From Dehalococcoidia bacterium (GTDB lineage: Bacteria > Chloroflexota > Dehalococcoidia > Bin125), in the NCBI GenBank assembly GCA_965205105.1, contig OZ242034.1, forward strand, positions 1,649,613 to 1,713,612: a stretch of DNA of 64,000 nt, read 5' to 3'. How positions within the stretch are numbered: the first letter of the stretch is position 1; every line of letters starts with the position of its first letter. The notes beneath the pieces were generated by a model. It ran no database searches and was not told the origin of the DNA. It was given only the letters and a program-made list of their open reading frames with translations. Both the position numbers and the translations under genes were made by a program. Of the stretch, positions 53,902 through 64,000 are shown piece after piece.

Positions 53902-55797
53902 TCAGCCGCTCCCGCCCGCCGCCGCGGCCGCCTCGACCGATTCAGACGCACCGTCAGCCGCGTCGCCGCCCGGCGTCTGCGCCGATTCCTGATCGCGCAG
54001 CTCCAACTCGTAGATCTCGCGGTAGAGACCGCCCTGCCGCAGCAATTCGTCGTGCGTGCCGCGCTGGACGATCGCGCCCTGGTCCAGCACCAGAATCTGG
54101 TCCGCGTCGCGCAGCGAGCGCAGGCGATGCGCGATCACGAACGTTGTCCGGCCGCGCATCAGCGCCGCCATCGCCTGCTGAATCTCGAACTCGGTGGCGG
54201 CGTCCACCGATGAGGTCGAGTCATCGAAGATCAGCACGCGCGGGTCCATCAACAGCGCTCGGGCGATGGCGATGCGCTGTTTCTGGCCGCCCGAGAAATT
54301 CGCCCCGCGCTCGCCGACCCAGGTGTCGTACTGCTCCGGCAGCCGACTGATGAAATGGTGGATGCGCGCCAGCTTGGCGGCGGCCTCGATCTCCTCATCG
54401 GTCGCGTCGGGGCGTCCGTAGGCGATGTTCTCCTTGAGCGTCGCGGCGAACAGGAATACCTCCTGCTGGACAATGGCGACCTGCCGCCGGAGCGCCTCCA
54501 GCGGCCAGTCGCGCACGTCCTGCCCGTCGAACTCGACGCTGCCGGCGCTGACGTCGTAAAAGCGCGGGATCAGATTGACCACGGTCGACTTGCCGCTGCC
54601 AGTCAGGCCGAGCAGCGCGATCAGCTCGCCCGGTTCAGCCTCCAGCTCGATATCGCGCAGCACCGGCGAGCGTGGGTCGTAGGCGAAGCTCACGTGATTG
54701 AAGCAGATGCGACCCTGCGGATCAGTCGGCGCGACCGCGTTCGGGTCGTCCCGCACTTCCGATTCCTGGTCGAGGATTTCGAAAATCCGAACCCCGGCCG
54801 TCGCCGCGCGCGGGACCATCATCACCATCCAGCCCAGACCGCGAATCGGCATCTGCAGCACGGTCAGGAACATCAGAAACATGGTCAGCTCGCCGACGCT
54901 GAAGTTCCCGTTCACCACCTCGCGCCCGCCGTACCAGATCGTCAGCACGATCGTCACCGCGCCCAGCGCCGTCATCAGCGGCATGTTGACTGCCTGCACC
55001 ATCGAGGCGTCGTAGGAGCGTTGCTGCAACCAGCTCGCCGAGCGTCCGAACTTGCGCCCCTCGAACTCAGCCCGGCCGAACGCCTTGACCACGCGGATGC
55101 CCGACAGCGCTTCCTGCAGCACCGTGCCCAGCTGCGCCTGCGACTCCTGCACGTCGTTCCAGATCGGCCGCAGCCGGCGCGCGACGATGGCCGAACGCAC
55201 CGCGATGATGACCATGATCGCCCAGACCATTAGCGCCAGCTGCCAGTGAATCGCCAGCATGATCGCCAGCGTGCCGATCCCCAGCACCAGCGTGAAGGAG
55301 AGCTGCACACCGCCGAAGTTGATGAACATCCGCACCACTTCGACATCCTGCGTCGCGCGCACCATGATCTGTCCTGTCTCGGCGCCGTCGTGGAAGCGGA
55401 ACGAGAGCGTCTGCAGCCGCTGGTAGATCGCGTTGCGCAGGTCGTAGGCGACGGTCTGGCCGACCCATTCGGCGAGATAACGCTGGACGAACATCGAGAC
55501 GCCGCGCATCACCGCCGCGCCGATCAGCGCCAGCGCAGCCACCGCGACCAGCCAGCCGCTGATTGCGACGACCGTGTCGCCGCCCACGATCTCGGTCGAG
55601 ATCGCCGTGTCCACCGCCCAGCGCAGCAGCCAGGGCGTGGCCATCGCAAAGCCGGCGGACGCGAACACCGCCAGCGCGGTGATCGTCAGACCCTTCCAGT
55701 AAGGCAGGGCGAAGCGCAGCACCCGCCCGATGACGAGCAGGGAGATCGGCAGACGCAGCCCTCGACGGGGATGGGATGTCGCGGTCAGTGCGGTCAA
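53902..55797 (-). CDS. ABC exporter, fused permease/ATPase (heterodimer partner)
   Basis: 631 aa. Motifs are GLTGSGKST, FSGGQKQR and VLIFDDSTS. Confidence 0.9.
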   Translation of the reverse strand: MTALTATSHPRRGLRLPISLLVIGRVLRFALPYWKGLTITALAVFASAGFAMATPWLLRWAVDTAISTEIVGGDTVVAISGWLVAVAALALIGAAVMRGVSMFVQRYLAEWVGQTVAYDLRNAIYQRLQTLSFRFHDGAETGQIMVRATQDVEVVRMFINFGGVQLSFTLVLGIGTLAIMLAIHWQLALMVWAIMVIIAVRSAIVARRLRPIWNDVQESQAQLGTVLQEALSGIRVVKAFGRAEFEGRKFGRSASWLQQRSYDASMVQAVNMPLMTALGAVTIVLTIWYGGREVVNGNFSVGELTMFLMFLTVLQMPIRGLGWMVMMVPRAATAGVRIFEILDQESEVRDDPNAVAPTDPQGRICFNHVSFAYDPRSPVLRDIELEAEPGELIALLGLTGSGKSTVVNLIPRFYDVSAGSVEFDGQDVRDWPLEALRRQVAIVQQEVFLFAATLKENIAYGRPDATDEEIEAAAKLARIHHFISRLPEQYDTWVGERGANFSGGQKQRIAIARALLMDPRVLIFDDSTSSVDAATEFEIQQAMAALMRGRTTFVIAHRLRSLRDADQILVLDQGAIVQRGTHDELLRQGGLYREIYELELRDQESAQTPGGDAADGASESVEAAAAAGGSG

Positions 55798-55922
55798 TTT
55801 CGGCTCCCGAGCGGGCGGCGCTCAGATGCCGCCTCGGCGTCGGTGCGCCGCTCGAACTCAGTCATGTGCGCCACCAGTATAGTGCGCGTTTATCGAGACT
55901 CCCAGCGACCGACTTTCGAAAT

Positions 55923-56543
55923 GTGACTCATGTGACGCCAACCGCGCTGCTGCTGCGCCCGATGACCGTCGACGACGTGGATCAGGTTGTCGAACTGGAC
56001 CAGCGCGCCTTCGGCGAATCGAGCTGGAGCCGCCGCCATTTCGTCGGCGAGCTCACCGAATCGCCGATCAGCGTGTTCTACGCGCTCACCGACTCCATCG
56101 CGGACCGCAGCGCCAGTCCTGACGAGCGGCTGCTGGGCTATTTCGGCGTCTGGCACATCGTCGATCAGTTGCAGCTCTGCACCTTCGCCGTCGATCCCGC
56201 GCAGCACGGCTCGGGGCTGGGCGGACTCCTGCTCGGTTGCGTCATCCGTCTCGCGCAGCGGTTGGCCTGCGAGATGATCCAGCTCGAGGTGCGCGAATCG
56301 AACGCGGTCGCGCGCCAGCTGTATCGAAGCCGCGGGTTCGCCGAGGACGCCGTGCGGCGCAACTTCTACACCAACCCGCGCGAGGACGGCATCCAGATGA
56401 GCCTCGCCCTGATGAACCACGCCATGCCAACGGCATTCGAGGCCCGTCTGCACCCGCGCGCCGCCGAACGCTGGCCGGGCGGGCTGCGGCTGACCTGGCG
56501 CGACCGCGGCGGTCAGGCAACCGAGCACTGGACGGCTGACTAG
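55923..56543 (+). CDS. GNAT N-acetyltransferase, RimI-like
   Basis: Has a GTG start. LLLRPMTVDDVDQVVELDQRAF and the QHGSGLGGLLL acetyl-CoA loop are present. The start is uncertain. Confidence 0.7.
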   Translation: MTHVTPTALLLRPMTVDDVDQVVELDQRAFGESSWSRRHFVGELTESPISVFYALTDSIADRSASPDERLLGYFGVWHIVDQLQLCTFAVDPAQHGSGLGGLLLGCVIRLAQRLACEMIQLEVRESNAVARQLYRSRGFAEDAVRRNFYTNPREDGIQMSLALMNHAMPTAFEARLHPRAAERWPGGLRLTWRDRGGQATEHWTAD

Positions 56544-56578
56544 CGGACGCCGTTGGGCGCTGCGATACACTGAGCGCC

Positions 56579-56854
56579 ATGGACCTCAGCCAACAGATCG
56601 ACCAGCTGCTCGAACGCGCCCGCTACATCCGCGCGATCGGTCCCACGACCGAAGATTTCATGCGCTGGCGCGACACGACCGAGGAGCTGCTGATCGACGC
56701 CGTTGGCGCAGACCATCCGCTGCTCGACCGCTACCGCGACGCGATCGGCCCGCGCGAACGGCTGGACGCCGAAGGCCTGCAAATCCACGGACAGTTCGGC
56801 ATGGCTCCGCGGCTGATCGCCGCGGAAGCGGTGCTGCGCTCGCTCGTCAGCTAA
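56579..56854 (+). CDS. hypothetical small protein
   Basis: 91 aa with non-repetitive, helical-looking composition. I recognise no family. Confidence 0.4.
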   Translation: MDLSQQIDQLLERARYIRAIGPTTEDFMRWRDTTEELLIDAVGADHPLLDRYRDAIGPRERLDAEGLQIHGQFGMAPRLIAAEAVLRSLVS

Positions 56855-56864
56855 GCCCGATCCC

Positions 56865-57566
56865 TCAGACCGCGGCGAGCGACTTCTTCTCGACCACCGA
56901 CGCGACCAGATCCGCCGCCTGCACGTAGGTGAGATGAGTGGTGTTGATCACGATGTCGTAAAGCAGCGGCGACCAGACATCGACCTTCCAAAACTTCTGG
57001 TGGAACGCTGCCCGCCCCTTGTTGAACTCCTCGATGCTGCGCGCCGCCGCTTCTGCGTCCACGCCCTCCCATTCCTGCACCCGCTCCAGCGCGACCGCCG
57101 GGTCGGCGACCAGCTGCACGTGCGTGGCGTCGGGCATGTCCCTGAGGATCATCTGTGCGCCGCGGCCGATGATCACCACGTTGCCGCGCTGCGCGATCGA
57201 CTCGATGATCTGCGAGGTCGTTTCCAGGATCGCGCGATCGTCGACCACGCCGGAACCGGCCTCCGTCAGTTCCTGGTAGCTCTGCGAGAGCATCAGCTCG
57301 AGGTTGCCCGAACCCAGCATCGGATCGATCGCGCCGCCCGCCGCCGAGCGCTCCAGCGCCCGCTGCAGGAAGTGCCCCAGACGGGCGCGAAACGAATCGG
57401 TGCGCTCGTCCTTGACCGCCACCTCCGACACGGTGCGCCCCAGCTGCCGCGAGGCGTCGACGAGCACCGTCTGATCGATGTACTCAAGCCCGAGCTCGCG
57501 GCACAACCGCCGTGAGACGTCGCGGGCACCGCCGCCGTACTGGCTGGATACGGTCACGACCGGCAT
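56865..57566 (-). CDS. cytidylate-kinase-like family protein
   Basis: 233 aa. VVTVSSQYGGGARDVSRRLCRELGLEYIDQ and NVVIIGRGAQ are typical of this family. Confidence 0.65.
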   Translation of the reverse strand: MPVVTVSSQYGGGARDVSRRLCRELGLEYIDQTVLVDASRQLGRTVSEVAVKDERTDSFRARLGHFLQRALERSAAGGAIDPMLGSGNLELMLSQSYQELTEAGSGVVDDRAILETTSQIIESIAQRGNVVIIGRGAQMILRDMPDATHVQLVADPAVALERVQEWEGVDAEAAARSIEEFNKGRAAFHQKFWKVDVWSPLLYDIVINTTHLTYVQAADLVASVVEKKSLAAV

Positions 57567-57629
57567 CGCGCACCTCCCGTGCTCTCCTGGCTCTGGACAG
57601 GGTACTTGACAGGCGGCTGGCGAGGCCTC

Positions 57630-58193
57630 TCAGCCCTCCAGCATCTGCGACCCCAGCGGCAGCGAGCGGCGCAGACTCCAGCCGCTCGGCCCATCCGTCT
57701 GCGCCGCGGCGTCGAACACGCCCACGTGGGTGACGACCAGGAAGTAGCGCTGGGCCGACAGCGACTCGGCCGCGCTGATCGCCTCCGCCTCGCGTCGGAA
57801 GCGGCCCAGCGTCAGCGCCGTGCGCTCCAGCGGCGAGCGCGAGCGCACCAGCGCGTCCGGCGCCTGCTCAGGGAACAGATCGCGGTAGACGATCGACGAG
57901 ATGCGCCGGGCGTCCTCGCCGCCCTGCTCGGCGACCATCTGCAACAGGTGCTGGCCGTCGTCGTACCACGACCGCGGCGCGCCCAGCTCGAGCATGAAAG
58001 GGTGGAACAGGCCGAGGACGATCTCCAGCATCTGCTGCAGCTCCTCGAGGCCGTAGTGGTCGTCGAACTGATCGGTCAGCGGAATGTGCGGCGGGGTCGC
58101 ATCGACCCGCTCGCGGTCATACAGCGCGCGAACCAGATCGATCTGCTCGCGCGCCTGCTCATCCGGTACCAAAGCCAACATCCGCTGCACCAT
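57630..58193 (-). CDS. hypothetical protein
   Basis: 187 aa with coding-like composition. A possible weak 2H-phosphoesterase resemblance (PHIPLT) is not supported by a second motif. Confidence 0.45.
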   Translation of the reverse strand: MVQRMLALVPDEQAREQIDLVRALYDRERVDATPPHIPLTDQFDDHYGLEELQQMLEIVLGLFHPFMLELGAPRSWYDDGQHLLQMVAEQGGEDARRISSIVYRDLFPEQAPDALVRSRSPLERTALTLGRFRREAEAISAAESLSAQRYFLVVTHVGVFDAAAQTDGPSGWSLRRSLPLGSQMLEG

Positions 58194-58210
58194 GCGGATC
58201 AGGTTAAACG

Positions 58211-58243
58211 ACGGAGGCTCTCCCGCTCCGGGAGAGCCTCCGT
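58211..58243 (-). terminator. strong hairpin downstream of hsp20
   Basis: acggaggctctccc-gctcc-gggagagcctccgt is a perfect 14-bp stem. The minus strand continues with cgtttaacc. Confidence 0.6.
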
Positions 58244-58323
58244 CAATCCGTCTGACCGTCTTGCGCCGCCTTACCGCTGTCTTGCCGCCCGGAAGAGCGG
58301 CCGCCAGCCGACCGGAGTACGCG

Positions 58324-58830
58324 CTACTCCGCCTCGTCCTCCGCGACCAGCTCGGTGGCGGCTTCGCTGACGGGCGCCGTGCTGATCGCGATGCGCTGCG
58401 GCTCGGCCGCCTCCGACCTCGGCAGGGTCACCTCCAGCACGCCGTTGGACAGGCGCGCCGAGATTTTCGAGGCGTCGTAGGCCGGGTCCAGGCGGAAGCT
58501 GCGGGTCAGCACCGTCCGCGTCACCTCGCGGCGGCGGTAGGTGCGCTCCGCGCCCGAACCGTTTCCGGTCTCCTCGTCCGACGAATGCTCGGCGTGGATG
58601 CGGAGTTGGCCGTCGTCCACGCTCACCGAGATCTCGTCCTCCGAGAAGCCCGGCGCCCAGGCCTCGATGCCGATGCCCTCGTCGGTCTCGTAGACGTTGA
58701 CCGGCAGCGTCCAGTTGGCGGTCGGCGTCGAGGCCGCCCGGCGGCGGGCGCGCCGCCCGAACGGCGCCAGGCTTGTGCTGAACAGGCTGTCGAACTCGGC
58801 GAACGGGTCGCGGATCAGGATCTTGCTCAT
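58324..58830 (-). CDS. Hsp20/alpha-crystallin small heat-shock protein
   Basis: ATG at 58830 gives MSKILIRDPFAEFDSLFS. The alpha-crystallin domain reads VNVYETDEGIGIEAWAPGFSEDEISVSVDDGQLRIHAEH...NGVLEVTLPR. Confidence 0.9.
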   Translation of the reverse strand: MSKILIRDPFAEFDSLFSTSLAPFGRRARRRAASTPTANWTLPVNVYETDEGIGIEAWAPGFSEDEISVSVDDGQLRIHAEHSSDEETGNGSGAERTYRRREVTRTVLTRSFRLDPAYDASKISARLSNGVLEVTLPRSEAAEPQRIAISTAPVSEAATELVAEDEAE

Positions 58831-58891
58831 CGCGGGTTCCTTTCGACCGATGGGATGTGGGATGTCGGGGTGTTCCATCGGCTGTAATGAA

Positions 58892-58920
58892 ACCTTATGC
58901 ATGCGCTGTCAAGATGTCAA
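58892..58920 (-). promoter_or_regulatory. candidate sigma70-type promoter for hsp20
   Basis: The minus strand reads TTGACA (58920..58915), 17 nt, then TAAGGT (58897..58892). It sits about 60 nt upstream of the start codon in an AT-rich spacer. Confidence 0.3.
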
Positions 58921-58922
58921 TA

Positions 58923-58943
58923 TCTGAGTGTATTCCAGTCAAT
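58923..58943. promoter_or_regulatory. degenerate HAIR-like (HspR operator-like) site
   Basis: TCTGAGT-gtattcc-AGTCAAT matches the consensus CTTGAGT-N7-ACTCAAG at 10 of 14 positions with correct spacing. An isolated perfect half-site ACTCAAG is at 58989..58995. Confidence 0.25.
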
Positions 58944-59014
58944 TATCTGATGAACATCGATATTCGGACGGTTATCTGATAGGATTGGACTCAAGAACAG
59001 GGACGGATCGCTCA

Positions 59015-59974
59015 ATGGCTCAGGATTTCTACCAGGTCCTCGGCGTGGCCCGAGACGCCTCCGACAAGGAGATCGCGTCCGCCTACCGCCGCCTCGCCCG
59101 CCAGTACCACCCCGACGTGACCGGCGGCGACAAGGCGTCCGAGGAGCGCTTCAAGGACGTCAACGCAGCCCACGCCGTGCTCTCGAACCAGGACAAGCGC
59201 GCCGCCTACGACAAGTGGGGCGACCAGTGGGAACACGCCGAGCAGCTGGAAGAGATGCAGCGCCAACAGGGGCATCACACGGGCGGCTTCGGTTTCGGCA
59301 ATGGCGGCGGACGCTCGTTCGGCGGACCCGACGGCAACGTCCGAGTCGAGTTCGGCGACCTCGGCGATCTGGGAGACCTGGGCGGCATCTTCGGGGGCCT
59401 GTTCGGTGAGCAGCGCGGCGCGCCGACCCGACCCGCTCAGGGACGCGACATCGAGCACCGAGTCAACATCTCGCTGCGCGAAGCCTTCCACGGCACGACC
59501 CGCACGCTCCAGCGAGGCGCCGACGGGCCGCGCCTCGAACTGACCATCCCCGCCGGCGTCCGCGACGGGCAGCGGATCAAGTTCACCGGCAAAGGCGAAG
59601 AGATCCCCAACGGCCGCGACGGCGACCTCTACCTGATCGTCTCGGTCGACGATGACCCCGCCTTCGAACGCCGCGGCGACGACCTCACCGTCCCCGTCAA
59701 CGTGCCGATCGCGACCGCCGCGCTGGGCGGCGAGGTCGCCGTCCGCGCCCTGAGCGGCAGCGGACGGCTGGCGCTGCGCATCCCCGCCGGCACGCAGAAC
59801 GGCCGCGTCTTCCGCCTGGCCGGACAGGGCATGCCGCGCTTCAGACGCGCCGGCCGCGGCGATCTGCTGGCCGAAGTGCGGCTGCGCCTGCCCGAACCGC
59901 TGACGCCCGAACAGACCGAGCTGTTCCGGCAGCTCCGCGACCTGACGACCGCAACGGAAGGCGACGACCAATGA
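59015..59974 (+). CDS. DnaJ-class co-chaperone without zinc finger (CbpA-like)
   Basis: ATG at 59015. The J domain is DFYQVLGVARDASDKEIASAYRRLARQYHPDV, followed by a G/F-rich linker. There are no CxxCxGxG repeats. Confidence 0.9.
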   Translation: MAQDFYQVLGVARDASDKEIASAYRRLARQYHPDVTGGDKASEERFKDVNAAHAVLSNQDKRAAYDKWGDQWEHAEQLEEMQRQQGHHTGGFGFGNGGGRSFGGPDGNVRVEFGDLGDLGDLGGIFGGLFGEQRGAPTRPAQGRDIEHRVNISLREAFHGTTRTLQRGADGPRLELTIPAGVRDGQRIKFTGKGEEIPNGRDGDLYLIVSVDDDPAFERRGDDLTVPVNVPIATAALGGEVAVRALSGSGRLALRIPAGTQNGRVFRLAGQGMPRFRRAGRGDLLAEVRLRLPEPLTPEQTELFRQLRDLTTATEGDDQ

Positions 59975-60341
59975 GCGGAATCAGCGACCGACCGGTCTAC
60001 ACGATCCGCATCGCCGCGCAGATGATCGGCGTCCATCAGCAGACCCTGCGCGCCTACGAGCGAGAGGGGCTGCTGACGCCGGCTCGCTCGGCCGGCCGCC
60101 AGCGCCTCTACAGCGACGACGACATCGCCCGTCTGCGGGTGATCCGCCGACTGATCGACGACCTCGGCGTCAATCTCGCCGGAGCCGACATCATCCTCCG
60201 CCTCAGAACGCGGATCACCGAGCTGGAACGCGAAAACCGGCAACTGCACAGCGAAATCCAGCGTCAACGCGACCAGCAGCTGCCCACAGTCCGACCGCCC
60301 ATCATCCGAACACGAGAGCGACAATCAGGGGAGCGGCGATC

Positions 60342-60345
<4 letters not shown>
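59971..60345 (+). CDS. hspR: MerR-family heat-shock repressor HspR
   Basis: 124 aa. Contains YTIRIAAQMIGVHQQTLRAYEREGLLTPARSAGRQRLYSDDDIARL. There are ATGA overlaps with both neighbours. Confidence 0.85.
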
Positions 60346-62789
<2,444 letters not shown>

Positions 62790-62876
62790 ACGTCCCGCCA
62801 ATCACCGACCAAGCGCGCGGCGCGCGGTCGCGGGTACACTCAAAGCGAACAGAACGATGCATGCACAGGAGGTTCC

Positions 62877-63686
62877 ATGACCACTCTGACCGCGCCCGCG
62901 ACCGAGACGCTGCTCTACGAAGAGCGCGGGCATGTCGCGATCATCACGCTCAATCGCCCAGAGCGGCTCAACGCCATCTCCCGCGAGATGCTGGAGGCGC
63001 TCTCCGCCCAGCTGATCGCCTGTCAGCGCGAGCCCGACATCCGCGTCATCGTCCTGACCGGATCGGGGCGCGGCTTCTGTTCCGGTCTCGACCTGGTCGA
63101 CCAGCAGCAGCGCATGGCCAGCGGCGAGGGCCGGACCGGCTATTCGCTCTTCGACCTGCGCGACGAGCCGCCGGTGGTGCTGCAACGCATGGACAAGCCC
63201 GTCATCTGCGCGCTCAACGGCGCCGCGGCCGGCTACGGCATGGACATGGCGCTGTTGGCCGACATTCGCATCGCCTCGGACCGCGCCAAGATGGGCGCCG
63301 TCTTCGCCCGTCGCGGGGTGCTGCCCGAGTCGGGCGGCACCTGGATCCTGCCCCGCCTGCTCGGCTGGGCGCGAGCAGCCGAGGTCGCCTTCCGCGGCCG
63401 CGTGCTCGACGCGCAGGAATCGCTCGATGTCGGCCTCGTCAACGAAGTCGTGCCGCACGACGAGCTGATGGCGCGCACGCTCGAACTGGCCGAGGAAATC
63501 GCCGCCAACGCGCCGCTCTCCCTGCAGGCGACCAAGCGGATGATGCGGCTCGGCATGGATGAGCCGTTCGAGGCCGCCGTCGATCACATCTACCTGCAGC
63601 TGCTGCCGCTCTTCCAGTCTGATGATTTCAAGGAAGGCGTGCGCGCCTTCATGGAAAAGCGCGACCCCGAGTTCGAGGGCCGCTAA
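62877..63686 (+). CDS. enoyl-CoA hydratase/isomerase family
   Basis: 269 aa. Contains ITLNRPERLNAI, GSGRGFCSGLDL and NGAAAGYGMDMAL. Confidence 0.9.
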   Translation: MTTLTAPATETLLYEERGHVAIITLNRPERLNAISREMLEALSAQLIACQREPDIRVIVLTGSGRGFCSGLDLVDQQQRMASGEGRTGYSLFDLRDEPPVVLQRMDKPVICALNGAAAGYGMDMALLADIRIASDRAKMGAVFARRGVLPESGGTWILPRLLGWARAAEVAFRGRVLDAQESLDVGLVNEVVPHDELMARTLELAEEIAANAPLSLQATKRMMRLGMDEPFEAAVDHIYLQLLPLFQSDDFKEGVRAFMEKRDPEFEGR

Positions 63687-63718
63687 CCGCCCGCGAGATT
63701 GAAAGCCTGGAGCACCGC

Positions 63719-64000
63719 ATGCCGCAACGTCCCATCCCCACCGACGAGATCGAACGCGTCTCCAGCTACATGCTGTCGCAGGGCGAGAAGTACAGCTGGC
63801 TGGAACTCTGGCCGCGCGTGGTCGCCGGGCGCATCGAGTTTCTCAACACGCTCAACCGCGTCAGCCCCGAGCAGGCGGCCTGGAAGCCCGCACCCGACGA
63901 CTGGAGCATCGAAGAGGTTGCCCAGCACGTGCTCGACGGCTCGCGCCGCACCGCCGACCTCGTTCACGAGCTCTCGCACGGGCGTGAGCCGTCTCTCGCG
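63719..64000 (+). CDS. DinB-family-like protein (5' fragment, continues beyond the window)
   Basis: Absent from the track because it is open-ended. ATG at 63719 gives MPQRPIPTDEIERVSSYMLSQGEKYSWLELWPRVVAGRIEFLNTLNRVSPEQAAWKPAPDDWSIEEVAQHV. The last part is typical of DinB/YfiT-like proteins. Confidence 0.5.
   Translation, partial: MPQRPIPTDEIERVSSYMLSQGEKYSWLELWPRVVAGRIEFLNTLNRVSPEQAAWKPAPDDWSIEEVAQHVLDGSRRTADLVHELSHGREPSLA

Noticed and set aside
58831-59014. Canonical HspR operator (HAIR, CTTGAGT-N7-ACTCAAG)
   Set aside because: No full-consensus inverted repeat is present. There is only a 10/14 match and an isolated half-site. It is reported as a low-confidence candidate, not as an established operator.

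Overview
This is a 64-kb, very GC-rich bacterial chromosome fragment. Spot counts on single 60-nt lines give about 77 % G+C in core genes. The gene content (many F420/LLM-type oxidoreductases, an HspR-type heat-shock operon, Lhr, zinc-ribbon-fused PrsW/RDD) fits a Chloroflexota/Thermomicrobia-like or actinobacterial organism, but I cannot assign it more precisely. I support about 55 protein-coding genes. Because of the GC content, almost every real gene is shadowed by long Arg/Ala/Gly-rich antisense or off-frame ORFs in the track, and I rejected those. I saw no rRNA, tRNA, CRISPR array, transposase or integrase.

Most of the window is housekeeping and redox metabolism:
- two tandem phosphohexomutases
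- LLM/F420 and PPOX oxidoreductases
- an SDR/crotonase operon
- a TPP enzyme and an acyl-CoA dehydrogenase
- RuvB and two ABC exporter half-transporters
- a divergent hsp20 / dnaJ-hspR-clpC-like heat-shock locus

Several compositionally foreign insertions stand out:
1. A strongly low-GC (about 42-43 % on spot counts) two-gene type II R-M module at 27.9-29.8 kb.
2. A second R-M-like pair (Dam-family methylase plus a PD-ExK protein) at 16.8-18.8 kb. Together the two modules bracket the Lhr and RecQ helicases.
3. A Fic (AMPylase) gene with an AT-rich, repeat-laden leader that interrupts an SDR/crotonase operon.
4. An orphan low-GC gene with a SHOCT-type tail at 7.3-7.9 kb.

Other signals worth a second look are long simple-sequence tracts directly upstream of two secreted-protein genes, a structured REP/MITE-like tandem element at 10.6-10.8 kb, and an adjacent pair of zinc-ribbon-fused membrane proteins.

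All family calls come from motifs read by eye and from memory of the families. No database search or computation beyond hand counting was possible.
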